Below the pieces are notes generated by a model. That model saw only the letters and a program-made list of their open reading frames with translations, ran no database searches and was not told the DNA's origin. Made by a program: the position numbers and the translations under genes. Below, piece by piece: positions 1 through 9,074 of a DNA stretch of 64,000 nt (position 1 is its first letter; each line of letters starts with the position of its first letter). The DNA is from Candidatus Multivoradales bacterium (GTDB lineage: Bacteria; Acidobacteriota; Thermoanaerobaculia; Multivoradales; Multivoraceae), in the NCBI GenBank assembly GCA_965223325.1, contig CBDCWI010000002.1:1504001-1568000 (forward strand), read 5' to 3'.

Positions 1-8
1 GCGAGGCG

Positions 9-482
9 ATGATCGAGCAGGCCTCTCCCGGGGACGTCCCGGCGATCGTCGCGCTCGTCAATGCGGCCTACGAAGTCGAAGCGTTCTTCGTCGAAGGGCC
101 GCGAGTCGAGAGCGAAGAGATCGAGCGTGACCAGCGCGCCGGTCGACTGTTCGTTGGTCGTTCCAGGAGCGGTGCTCTCGAGGGCTGTGTGTTCTACGAG
201 GGGCGAAGCAGCCACGGCTACTTCGGCCTCCTGGCAGTGGACCCCCGGGCTCAGGGTCGCGGACTGGGCAGGCAACTCGTGGCCTTCGTTGAAGACCGGG
301 CGCGTGAAGAGGGGCTCGAGCGCATGAGAATAGCGGTCGTCAACCTACGAACGGAGCTGCCCGCCTGGTACGAAGCGTTGGGGTATCGATCGGTAGGCAC
401 TGAGGCGTTCGAGAGCCCTCGCAAGAGGCAACCGGCGCACTTCGTGATCTACGAGAAGCAACTCCAACCCGAAGACTCCTGA
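9..482 (+). CDS. GNAT family N-acetyltransferase
   Basis: Acetyl-CoA binding motif LAVDPRAQGRGLGRQL and C-terminal WYEALGY; 157 aa. Confidence 0.9.
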   Translation: MIEQASPGDVPAIVALVNAAYEVEAFFVEGPRVESEEIERDQRAGRLFVGRSRSGALEGCVFYEGRSSHGYFGLLAVDPRAQGRGLGRQLVAFVEDRAREEGLERMRIAVVNLRTELPAWYEALGYRSVGTEAFESPRKRQPAHFVIYEKQLQPEDS

Positions 483-515
483 GAGAGTAGGCGGCCGAGG
501 GGCTATTCTGTCGAC

Positions 516-1412
516 ATGACGGATACCCCAGAGTCTCTGCGCCTCGAAGGCGCCGGCATCGAGCTCCAGGCCTACGACTACGGAAACAAGGACGCGCAAG
601 GGATGATCCTGGTCCACGGAATCCAGGACCAGGCCCTCGGCCTCGCACCGTTGGCCGAGGCCTTCCGTGAGCGCTACCACGTCGTGTCGTTCGACCTGCG
701 CGGCCACGGCGACAGCGACAAGCCCGGCATCTACGCCCTGCCCCACTTCGTCGCCGATCTCCACGCCGTCCTCGCGCAGGTGCAACTGCGTGACCCGGTC
801 CTCGTGGGTCATAGCCTCGGTGGTCACATCGTCTCTTGGTACGGGGGGATCTTCGCCGAGGTGCCGAACGTGATCGTCAACATCGAGGGCATCGGTGCCC
901 CATTCCGCGAAGACGCAGTTCCCGAGGAGAACCGGCAGTGGCGACTACGCAACGGCATCGCCAGCCTCTTGCGTCCCGGCGGTCACAAGCGCCCAATGGG
1001 TGACCTCGAAGACGCCTGGCATCTCTTCTGCCGTTTCCACCCGCGCATGGACCCCGAACACGCGCGCTACCTCGCCGAGGTCGGAACGTGCCCTCACCCC
1101 CACGGGGGTCTACAGTGGAAGTGGGATCCGCACGTCGAAACCGTCGGTCTGACGATGTCGCCGGAGGCGTCGCGCGCCCGCTGGGCAGCCATCGAGTGCC
1201 CCACCCTCGTCGTCACCGCCGCCGACTCCGCCGATTTCTACCGCGGTCGAGGTGGCATCGATCCCGAAGCCCAACCCGACCCCGACGAGATCACGCGCCG
1301 CGTGAGCCACTTCAAGAACGCCACCCACATCGAAATCGCCAACGCCGGCCACATGGTCCACTTCGACAACCCCAGCGACCTCATCCAGGCCATCACCACC
1401 TATTTGGGTTGA
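516..1412 (+). CDS. Alpha/beta fold hydrolase
   Basis: LVHG, DLRGHGDS, nucleophile GHSLGG, C-terminal AGHMVHFDNP. Confidence 0.9.
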   Translation: MTDTPESLRLEGAGIELQAYDYGNKDAQGMILVHGIQDQALGLAPLAEAFRERYHVVSFDLRGHGDSDKPGIYALPHFVADLHAVLAQVQLRDPVLVGHSLGGHIVSWYGGIFAEVPNVIVNIEGIGAPFREDAVPEENRQWRLRNGIASLLRPGGHKRPMGDLEDAWHLFCRFHPRMDPEHARYLAEVGTCPHPHGGLQWKWDPHVETVGLTMSPEASRARWAAIECPTLVVTAADSADFYRGRGGIDPEAQPDPDEITRRVSHFKNATHIEIANAGHMVHFDNPSDLIQAITTYLG

Positions 1413-1512
1413 ACCCCCAGGGACCCGGTTTGAAAAGGGCGGTTCTAGGGATTCTCGGGGTGAAAGGGCTTTCGTTTGGCGGATTCTGGTCAATGCAGGG
1501 GTTTCGATTTGG

Positions 1513-3378
1513 CTACTTCTTGGAATTCTCCACCCAGTCTCGCATGCGCTGATCGAGGACCGAAAGCGGTAGCGCGCCCGCACCGAGCAGGTGGTCGTGG
1601 AAGGCACGGATATCGAATGCCTCGCCCAGTTCGGCCTCGGCGTGGGTTCGGAGTTCCTTCATCTTGAGCTCACCGATCTTGTAGGCAAGGGCCTGGCCCG
1701 GCATGACGATGTAGCGGTCGATCTCGACCGTGATGTCGTGCTCAGACTTGCCCGAGTTGGCCACGAAGTAGTCGATCGCTTGTTGCCGCGACCAGCCCTT
1801 GGCGTGCATTCCGGTATCGACCACCAGACGGATGGCCCGCCACATCTCGTAGGTGAGTTGACCGAAGCGTGAGTACGGGTCCTTGTAGAAGCCGAGCTCC
1901 GGCCCGAGTGACTCGGAGTACAGGCCCCACCCCTCGACGAAGGCGGTCGAGCCGCTGCTGCCACCAAAGCGACGGAAATCCGGCAGGTCTAGAAGCTCTT
2001 CTGAAAGCGCGATCTGCAGGTGGTGTCCCGGCATCGCTTCGTGAATGGTGAGGGCTTCCATCTCCCACTTCGGTCGCGCCGGGAGGTTGTAGGTGTTGGC
2101 GTAGAAGGTCCCCGAACGGCCGGCCCGCGACGACCCCGGGTTGTAGTACGCGGTAGTCGTTGTCTTCTCGGAGTAGGCGGGCACCGGCTCGACTCCGTAG
2201 GGTAGGCGCGGAAGCTTGCCAAACATCCTCGGCAGGCGGGCGTCGATGCGTTTGGCGATGTCGCGGTAGCTGCGCAGCAGTTCTTCTTTGTCGGTGAAGA
2301 AAAACTGCGGGTCGGTGCGCAGGAACTCGAAGAACTCATCCAACGTGCCCTCGAAGCCTGCTTCCTCTCTGACCTCCTCCATCTGTGCCCGGATTCGCTT
2401 CACTTCGCTCTTGCCAATCTGGTGGATCTCTTCGGGAGTCAAGTCGGTGGTCGTCTGGACCCGCACGTTGTGGGCGTACCAGGCGGCACCGTCCGGCAGA
2501 TCGGCGAGGGCAATGGACTCGCGGGTGTTCGGAAAATAGTTCTCCGTCCAATACTCATGAAGCTGGCGGTAGGCAGGCATGACGTGCTCCTCGAGCACCC
2601 TTTTCCCGTCCGCTTGCAGCCTCTCCGTCGCAGCCTCTCCAATCGAAGCCGGTAGATCGGCGAAGACGGTGCGGTAGATCGGATGTTCGAGCACTTCTCC
2701 GCTACCCAGCATGGCGAGCTGCTCACCCACTCCACGCAGCGTGATCTTCGGCGGCGTGATTCCTCTCTTTTTGCCTTCTTCGAGAAGCGCAATGACCTGC
2801 TCCATCATCTCCGGGGACTTCTCGAGGCGTGAGACCAACGCCTCGACGTGCCCCTGATTGAGGCGCGGCGCCATCATCGCGACCTGCGGCAGCATCGTCA
2901 CCAACCCACCCATCTGGTTGAGTGGCATGAGCTCGTCAGGGAAACGCTCACCGGCCACTGCCAGCTGCGCGCCGCGCAGGAAGAGGTCGTAGTTCAACTG
3001 GTCCTCGGTCGAGAGGAGGCTGCGATCGATGCCCTGGAGTTTCTCGAGCAACTCGCGGGCGTGTTGCCGCCGGCGCGAGTGGGCGGAAGCCGAGATGTCG
3101 GGCAGCTCGTCGAGCCCCTGCTCGAGACCGAGGAACGTGGCCATCAGGGGGTTGTCGTCGAGCTGCCACTGCCACTCCTGGTCAAACAGCTCGTGTAGCC
3201 GGGCACCTTCGCCAGGCTCGTCGGCGACAGTCGCTTCGGTAACAGGCTCTTCGGAGAGGGTTCGACCAGCCACACTCTGGACCGTCAGAAGGCCAAGCGA
3301 CACCAAAAACACCACCGGGCCAAAGACCCGGCGCCTCGGACACGCCCAATGAGCGTTCACAACCGGCGAGTTCATCAT
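1513..3378 (-). CDS. DUF885 family secreted protein (putative metallopeptidase)
   Basis: Family motifs HEAMPGHHLQ, AFVEGWGLYSE, RLVVDTGMH, PGQALAYKIG; hydrophobic N-terminus; start taken at ATG 3378 (uncertain). Confidence 0.88.
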   Translation of the reverse strand: MMNSPVVNAHWACPRRRVFGPVVFLVSLGLLTVQSVAGRTLSEEPVTEATVADEPGEGARLHELFDQEWQWQLDDNPLMATFLGLEQGLDELPDISASAHSRRRQHARELLEKLQGIDRSLLSTEDQLNYDLFLRGAQLAVAGERFPDELMPLNQMGGLVTMLPQVAMMAPRLNQGHVEALVSRLEKSPEMMEQVIALLEEGKKRGITPPKITLRGVGEQLAMLGSGEVLEHPIYRTVFADLPASIGEAATERLQADGKRVLEEHVMPAYRQLHEYWTENYFPNTRESIALADLPDGAAWYAHNVRVQTTTDLTPEEIHQIGKSEVKRIRAQMEEVREEAGFEGTLDEFFEFLRTDPQFFFTDKEELLRSYRDIAKRIDARLPRMFGKLPRLPYGVEPVPAYSEKTTTTAYYNPGSSRAGRSGTFYANTYNLPARPKWEMEALTIHEAMPGHHLQIALSEELLDLPDFRRFGGSSGSTAFVEGWGLYSESLGPELGFYKDPYSRFGQLTYEMWRAIRLVVDTGMHAKGWSRQQAIDYFVANSGKSEHDITVEIDRYIVMPGQALAYKIGELKMKELRTHAEAELGEAFDIRAFHDHLLGAGALPLSVLDQRMRDWVENSKK

Positions 3379-3596
3379 CGGAAAGGTCTCCTCGAAAAAG
3401 TGGTCTATGCAGCCTACCGTGGGCAATCAGAGCTACCGGTGGCCGGTCCGGGCAATGGTCGTTCTCGCCGACGACTATCTTTCGCACTGGACTTCTGCTT
3501 ATACTCTCTCCTGTAAGGCGCTTCCCGGTTTGGCGTCCCTCGAGTCCCGCGGCGGTTCCCGACGCGCCGAGACTTCTCGCACGCTAAATCCAGTAG

Positions 3597-3646
3597 CTCC
3601 GCCTTGACCGGCCCCGCATAGCGACGGGTAGGTCGGATCTGCGGAG
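3597..3646 (+). promoter_or_regulatory. 5'-leader hairpin sequestering the rhlE Shine-Dalgarno
   Basis: CTCCGC(3597-3602) pairs with GCGGAG(3641-3646, contains GGAG 7 nt before the ATG); TTGACC/GGTCGG and CCCG/CGGG inner stems; TATACT -10-like box at 3500-3505. Confidence 0.5.
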
Positions 3647-3653
3647 TCCCAAC

Positions 3654-5069
3654 ATGTCTTTTCAGAAGCTCGGCCTCGAGGCCGAACTCCTGCGCGCCAT
3701 CGCTGCGCAGGACTACGATCGACCTACGCCCATCCAGACGAAAGCGATTCCGGTCGTCCTCGGCGAGCACGACGTTCTCGCTCGTGCCCAGACCGGCACC
3801 GGCAAGACAGCCGCGTTCACCCTTCCCATGCTTCAGCTGCTCAGCGGCCGCCCGCGCCCTGAGGGTAGAGAGCGCCTACCGCGTGCTCTGGTCCTGACCC
3901 CGACCCGCGAACTCGCCACCCAGGTGCACGAGAGTGTTCGCACCTACGGCCAGAACCTGCGCATGCGTTCCACGGTCATCTTCGGCGGGGTCGGTATCGA
4001 GCCCCAGAAGAAAGCACTGCGCCGCGGCGTCGACATCGTTGTCGCCACCCCCGGCCGGCTGCTCGATCACGCCGGTCAGCGCACCGTCGACCTCTCGGCG
4101 ATCGAAATCCTGGTGCTCGACGAAGCCGATCGCATGCTCGACATGGGTTTTATCCATGACATCAAGCGCATCATGGCGCTGCTGCCAGAACGCCGCCAGA
4201 ACCTCCTGTTTTCAGCCACCTTCTCGCGCGACATCGAGCGCCTCGCCGATCGCCTGCTCCACCGCCCGAAACGGGTTGAAGTCGAGGCGCAGAACACCGC
4301 CGCCGAAACCGTCGAGCAGCACATCTACCGGGTCGAGAAGGATCAGAAGCGTGACCTCCTGGTGCACCTGATCCAGGACGGCGCCTGGGACCAGGTCCTG
4401 GTTTTCACGCGCACCAAACACGGCGCCAACCGCCTCGCCAAACAACTCGAGCGCCACGGCATCGAGGCCGCAGCGATTCACGGCAACAAGTCGCAGGGGG
4501 CCCGCACCCGTGCCCTGGCCAGCTTCAAGGCCGGCCAGGTCCGCGTTCTAGTGGCCACCGACATCGCCGCGCGCGGGCTCGATATCGAAAGCCTGCCGCA
4601 CGTCGTCAACTACGAGCTACCCAACGTCTCCGAGGACTACGTCCATCGCATCGGCCGCACCGGCCGGGCCGGGGAAGAAGGAACCGCTATCTCGCTGGTG
4701 AGCGCAGAAGAGGTGAAACACCTTCGCGGCATCGAGCGCCTGCTGCGGCGACGCATTCCCGCGATCGAGGTTCCTGTGTTCACGCTGCCGCCTGCGAAGC
4801 CGATTCGCCGGGCCGTCCCGCACCAGGACCCCAAGCCCAGGCAGGGTCGTCGTCGCAAGGCCAACAAGAAGAAGGCCCACTCCAACGCACGCCCCGGGCA
4901 GGCACGCCTCGGACAGTCTCGCCCCGGACAGTCTCGCGGACAGGGACGATCGGGGCTGGGACCCCAGGGTGCTTCCGGCGCCACGTCAGGCGGTCCATCG
5001 CCAGCCGGGTCGCGCAAGCGCCGCGGGCGCAACCGCCCGCGACGAACAACGAGCAGCGCATCCAACTGA
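3654..5069 (+). CDS. rhlE: DEAD-box ATP-dependent RNA helicase, RhlE-like
   Basis: Q motif, [31 protein letters not shown]; basic disordered C-terminal tail. Confidence 0.92.
   Translation: MSFQKLGLEAELLRAIAAQDYDRPTPIQTKAIPVVLGEHDVLARAQTGTGKTAAFTLPMLQLLSGRPRPEGRERLPRALVLTPTRELATQVHESVRTYGQNLRMRSTVIFGGVGIEPQKKALRRGVDIVVATPGRLLDHAGQRTVDLSAIEILVLDEADRMLDMGFIHDIKRIMALLPERRQNLLFSATFSRDIERLADRLLHRPKRVEVEAQNTAAETVEQHIYRVEKDQKRDLLVHLIQDGAWDQVLVFTRTKHGANRLAKQLERHGIEAAAIHGNKSQGARTRALASFKAGQVRVLVATDIAARGLDIESLPHVVNYELPNVSEDYVHRIGRTGRAGEEGTAISLVSAEEVKHLRGIERLLRRRIPAIEVPVFTLPPAKPIRRAVPHQDPKPRQGRRRKANKKKAHSNARPGQARLGQSRPGQSRGQGRSGLGPQGASGATSGGPSPAGSRKRRGRNRPRRTTSSASN
4890..4934 (+). repeat. Three imperfect 15-nt tandem units ([15 protein letters not shown]) in the helicase tail
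   Basis: cgccccgggcaggca-cgcctcggacagtct-cgccccggacagtct. Confidence 0.75.
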
Positions 5070-5070
5070 T

Positions 5071-5220
5071 GGGTTGCCGAACGGCAGAAAGCCAAGATCC
5101 CGGAACCCTCTTCCCTTCCAACAGCTTTCCAGATCCTTAGCCAGCAATGGCCAAGACCGCTCCCCGAGTTCTGTGTGTGGACTCGGTGGCGCCTTTTCTC
5201 AACACACAGACTGAGGACAG
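5071..5220 (+). promoter_or_regulatory. Structured leader of the RRM gene (hairpins plus possible pseudoknot or switch)
   Basis: GCCA-GCAA-TGGC tetraloop hairpin 5140-5151; stem 5164-5171/5179-5186; TCTGTGTGT(5170-5178) fully complementary to ACACACAGA(5202-5210) just before SD GAGGA(5213-5217). Confidence 0.5.
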
Positions 5221-5496
5221 ATGATGAACATCTACGTAGGAAACCTTTCGTTCAAAACCACTGAAGACGAACTCCGCAAGGTCTTCGAAGAATTCGGTGC
5301 ACTCTCGAGCTGCAGCCTGATCATCGACCGGGCGACGGGGCAGTCGAAGGGTTTCGCTTTCGTCGAAATGGACGACGACTCCGAGGCCAACGCCGCGATC
5401 CAGGCTCTCAACGACACGGATCTCGGTGGCCGCAACATCAAGGTCAACCAAGCCAAGCCGCGGGCCGAGCGCCCGCAGCGCGACCGCCGCTGGTAG
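5221..5496 (+). CDS. RRM-domain RNA-binding protein
   Basis: RNP2 IYVGNL, RNP1 KGFAFVEM, GRNIKVNQAKPR. Confidence 0.95.
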   Translation: MMNIYVGNLSFKTTEDELRKVFEEFGALSSCSLIIDRATGQSKGFAFVEMDDDSEANAAIQALNDTDLGGRNIKVNQAKPRAERPQRDRRW

Positions 5497-5598
5497 TCCC
5501 ATAGGGCTCGGGGCGGTCGAGGTGTGCAAACGCCTCGGCTCCACCGCGAGCCACAGCGACCGCGCCGAGAAGGTTCTCGGTGGCGGTGGCTAGAAATT

Positions 5599-5645
5599 GC
5601 CGCGCCTTGGTGTCCTCTAGGGAGGCCACCAAGCGCGGCTTTTTT
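5599..5645 (+). terminator. Rho-independent terminator of the rhlE-RRM unit
   Basis: GCCGCGCCTTGGTG...CACCAAGCGCGGC stem followed by TTTTTT. Confidence 0.8.
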
Positions 5646-5891
5646 GTCCATGCATAACGCGAGAGACCCCGACAGAACCCAACGCACTGGACTCCTCTTC
5701 AAGGCTTGATGGTCGTTGGCACGATGATGTCGCCGTTCATCAAGCGGATCGCGGTTGCCAGCCCTTAGGGTGGTCGCGGCCCCGGGACCGGGGTAGCTGG
5801 TTACCAACTCGGCCCACTCGCGCCGCCCTACGTGCACTAAGCTCCGTCCTCGATACTGGCTGGTGATCGAACCGGCAGATTCGAGCCGACC

Positions 5892-7148
5892 ATGCACGAC
5901 TCCCCGAGTTCCTCCGCCTCCCCGCCGGGCACGGACCTCCACAAGCGCCTCGCAGCCAACGTCTGGAAGCTCTACGTCATCCGGATGTTCTTCTGGATGC
6001 ACTTCATCAGTGCGGTGCTGGTGCCCTTCTACCGTGACTGGGGAGGGCAGAGCCTGGGCATGATCCTGTTGATCAACGGCTGGTTCATGCTCTGGTGTTT
6101 CCTGCTCGAGATTCCAACCGGCACCGTCGCCGACCTGCTCGGCCGACGGGTCTCCCTGATTCTGGGTGCACTGGTAGCAGCGGTCGCCTTTCTGATCTAC
6201 ACCAGCGCACCGAGCCTGCCACGGTTTCTATTCGCCGAGGTGCTTTCGGCAACCGCCTTCACTCTCATGTCGGGTGCCGACGCCGCAATGATGTGGGACA
6301 CCCTGCGCGATCTCGGGCGCACCGGCGACGCCGACCGCAGCTATCGCCTGCTCGAGGCCGCTCAGCAGACAGGCATCGTGCTCGGCGCCCTCGGCGGCAG
6401 CGTCATTGCCTACTACACCTCGGTGCGCTGGCCACTGGCCGCACAGGCGGTCCCAACGACGATCGCCGCATTGGTGGCGTGGAGCCTGGTCGAACCCGCC
6501 TCGCACCGCGCCCTGAAGCGACCGACGTTTGGCGACATCTTCGGCGCTGGCCTGCGTACCTTCTTCGGCAGCACCATCTTGAAGGCCCTGGCGTTCGACA
6601 TGGTGTTCTCGGCTGTCATCGCCTGGATGGTCATCTGGACGTACCAGCCGCTGCTCGAGGGCGCCGCCGTTCCGCTGTTCTGGTTCGGTACCGTGCACGC
6701 GTTCATGAGCCTGTCGCAGATCGCCTTTCTTGCGCGCGCGGCAACGATCGAACGCTGGCTGGGGTCGAAGAAGAGGTTGCTATTCCTCGGCCCGCTGGTG
6801 GTCGGTGCCGGCTATCTCGTTCTAGGAACCGTCCGGGTGCCGCCCATCGTTGTACTGGCGATCCTCGCCATCGCGGCCTTTGGCCTCGCACGCCCGACTC
6901 TTTACATGGCGCTCTTGAATCCTCATATCGAGTCCGAGCAGCGGGCCACCGTGCTCAGTGTGGTGGGTATGTTCAGAACCCTCGCGATCGCCATCGCCTA
7001 CCTTCCGATCGGCCAGCTCGCCAACCGCTCGGTTCACGAGTTGGCGACCGTGCTCGGCGTCTGTGCGCTGCTCGGAGCGGGTCTCAGCTGGTTCCTGTGG
7101 TCACGAAGGGAGCTCGACGGGAGCCTGGCCGCCGAACGCACTGGCTAG
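5892..7148 (+). CDS. MFS transporter
   Basis: About 12 hydrophobic segments; motif A EIPTGTVADLLGRR; SGADAAM; RATVLSV. Confidence 0.9.
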   Translation: MHDSPSSSASPPGTDLHKRLAANVWKLYVIRMFFWMHFISAVLVPFYRDWGGQSLGMILLINGWFMLWCFLLEIPTGTVADLLGRRVSLILGALVAAVAFLIYTSAPSLPRFLFAEVLSATAFTLMSGADAAMMWDTLRDLGRTGDADRSYRLLEAAQQTGIVLGALGGSVIAYYTSVRWPLAAQAVPTTIAALVAWSLVEPASHRALKRPTFGDIFGAGLRTFFGSTILKALAFDMVFSAVIAWMVIWTYQPLLEGAAVPLFWFGTVHAFMSLSQIAFLARAATIERWLGSKKRLLFLGPLVVGAGYLVLGTVRVPPIVVLAILAIAAFGLARPTLYMALLNPHIESEQRATVLSVVGMFRTLAIAIAYLPIGQLANRSVHELATVLGVCALLGAGLSWFLWSRRELDGSLAAERTG

Positions 7149-7168
7149 GATCAGCTGGTCGCGGCGAG

Positions 7169-7196
7169 TTGCAGCTTTCCGAGTTATCGTTAGAAT
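7169..7196 (+). promoter_or_regulatory. Sigma70-type promoter of the GT2 gene (probably leaderless)
   Basis: TTGCAG-16 nt-TAGAAT, ending 8 nt before ATG 7205; no SD. Confidence 0.5.
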
Positions 7197-7204
7197 CCTA
7201 CGCA

Positions 7205-8029
7205 ATGGACGATCCCGCGCTCGACCACGATCTAACCCTCACCGCCCTCGTTCCGGCCTACAACGAAGAGGCGACCATCGAGACTGTACTCAACAGCCTC
7301 ATGGCCGTCGACATGAACCTCGTGCAGGTGGTCGTCGTTGACGACGGATCGAAAGACAAGACGGCGGCGATCGTCGAGCGCCTGGCGGCGGCTGACGAGC
7401 GCATCGAGCTCCACCAACAGTCGAATCAGGGGAAAACCGCCGCGATCGCCAATGCCCTCGGTCACGCCCACGGCGACGTCATCTTCATCCAGGACGCCGA
7501 CCTCGAATACGACCCGGCCGAGCTCCCAGAAGTCGTGCGACCGATCCTCACCGGCCAGGCAGACGTCGTCTACGGCAGCCGCTTTCTGGTTCGCCGGGCG
7601 GCCCGAGTGCTCTACTTCTACCACTACCTGGCGAACTCGGGTTTGACCTTCCTCTCGAACCTCTTGACCAACCGCAACATGACCGACATTGAGACCTGCT
7701 ACAAAGCGTTTCGAGCGGAGGTCATCAAGCCACTGCGACTGACCTCGTCGGGCTTCGGCATGGAAGTCGAGATCACCGCCCTGGTCTGCAAGACCATGGC
7801 GCGCACCTACGAGGTCCCGATCTCGTATCACGGTCGCACCTACGAAGAGGGCAAGAAGATCGGCGTCTGGGACGGTGTGCAGGCGCTCTACTACATTTTC
7901 TTCTTCAACCTGATTCGACCCTTCCAGAGCGAGGGACGGCAGTACATCGAGACCGTCGACGCGGCACTCAGAGCGCAGCGCCGCGAACCCGAAGTGCCAG
8001 CCGTAGCGGAGCCCGCCACCTCGAGCTAG
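7205..8029 (+). CDS. Glycosyltransferase family 2 (DPM1-like polyprenol-phosphate glycosyltransferase)
   Basis: VPAYNEE, VDDGSKD, QDADLEYDP, DIETCYK, RTYEEGKKI; the upstream part of the 6095 ORF overlaps the MFS gene and is a shadow. Confidence 0.9.
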   Translation: MDDPALDHDLTLTALVPAYNEEATIETVLNSLMAVDMNLVQVVVVDDGSKDKTAAIVERLAAADERIELHQQSNQGKTAAIANALGHAHGDVIFIQDADLEYDPAELPEVVRPILTGQADVVYGSRFLVRRAARVLYFYHYLANSGLTFLSNLLTNRNMTDIETCYKAFRAEVIKPLRLTSSGFGMEVEITALVCKTMARTYEVPISYHGRTYEEGKKIGVWDGVQALYYIFFFNLIRPFQSEGRQYIETVDAALRAQRREPEVPAVAEPATSS

Positions 8030-8041
8030 GAACCGGGGCTC

Positions 8042-8944
8042 CTAACGACTCGCCTCTTCGGTCAGGCGGGTGATCGCGTCGATCATGGTTGGCCAGGCTT
8101 CCCGCGGCAGGTCGTGGCCCATGCCGTCGATGGTCAGAAGCTCGGCACCCGCAACCGCTGCCGCCGTGTCCTGCCCGCCCTCGAGCGGCACCAACGGGTC
8201 GTCGGTGCCGTGAATCACCAGGGTGGGAAGTGAAAGACGGCGCAAGCGCTCGCGACGGCTACCGTCGGCGACGATGGCAGTCATCTGGCGCGCGACGCCC
8301 GAGCGTGAGAGACCGCGATCCCAGGCCGCCTCGGCCCTCGCCCGCACCACGTCTTCGCGAAACGGAAAGCCCGGACTGCCCAACACCTTCCAGATGCGCA
8401 CCGCGTGTTCGAGGTAGGCCTCGAGGGTTTCGGGTGGCGGCAGGAAGAGCGCCGCCCGCGCCTCCTCGGTCGCCTGCGGCAAGCCCGGCTCGCCGGTCGT
8501 CGACATGATGGAGGTCAGTGTCGCGATGCGCTCCGGGAATCGGATCGCCATCGTCTGCGCGATCATGCCACCCATCGAAGCACCACAGACATGGAAGCGT
8601 TCGAGGTCGAGACCGTCGGCAAGGCTCACAGCATCCTGCGCCATATCGGCAAGCGTGTAGGGCGGTGTGACCTTCTTGCCGGTCAGCGATGCGGCAAGCA
8701 GCTTCGAGATATCGGGCGTCCCGAGATCTTCGAGCCGCGACGACTCGCCGACGTCGCGATTGTCGAAGCGCACCACGAAATGACCACGCTCAGCCAGGCC
8801 AAGGCAGAAGTCGTCCGGCCAGTGCAGCCGCTGCGCGCCGAGACCCATCACCAGAACGAGCGGTCGACCTCCGCTGGACCGGCTCGGGTGCGCTCCGAAG
8901 GTCTCATAGGCGATATGGATCCCATTGGCGGTCATCGACGGCAT
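8042..8944 (-). CDS. Alpha/beta fold hydrolase (esterase/lipase-like)
   Basis: LVMGLG, FDNRDVGES, GASMGG, IHGTDDPLV, GMGHDLP; GGAG upstream of ATG 8944. Confidence 0.9.
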   Translation of the reverse strand: MPSMTANGIHIAYETFGAHPSRSSGGRPLVLVMGLGAQRLHWPDDFCLGLAERGHFVVRFDNRDVGESSRLEDLGTPDISKLLAASLTGKKVTPPYTLADMAQDAVSLADGLDLERFHVCGASMGGMIAQTMAIRFPERIATLTSIMSTTGEPGLPQATEEARAALFLPPPETLEAYLEHAVRIWKVLGSPGFPFREDVVRARAEAAWDRGLSRSGVARQMTAIVADGSRRERLRRLSLPTLVIHGTDDPLVPLEGGQDTAAAVAGAELLTIDGMGHDLPREAWPTMIDAITRLTEEASR

Positions 8945-9074
8945 AGTTTCTCCCTCCCTCGCTCTCAGACGAACCGAAGCGAGCGCATTATGCCTGCTCT
9001 GTGTCTGGAGTGGGAGGACCTGACCGGTACACTGCCGGCGAATCAACGACCGGAAGATCAGCAGAGGGAAGATC

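Noticed and set aside
1413-1512. Short repeated words (TGAAA(A)GGGC, GGATTCT) between convergent genes
   Set aside because: Only two short imperfect copies, with no array periodicity or strong hairpin.
5699-5800. Minus-strand fragment LATAIRLMNGDIIVPTTIKP resembling a beta-propeller blade, also a GCTTGATG/CATCAAGC inverted repeat
   Set aside because: Too short to call either a pseudogene or an RNA element.
6095-7204. Apparent 370-aa N-terminal extension of the GT2 ORF (644 aa in the track)
   Set aside because: It overlaps the MFS gene in another frame and is Arg/Pro-rich shadow sequence; a promoter and ATG at 7205 explain the real gene.
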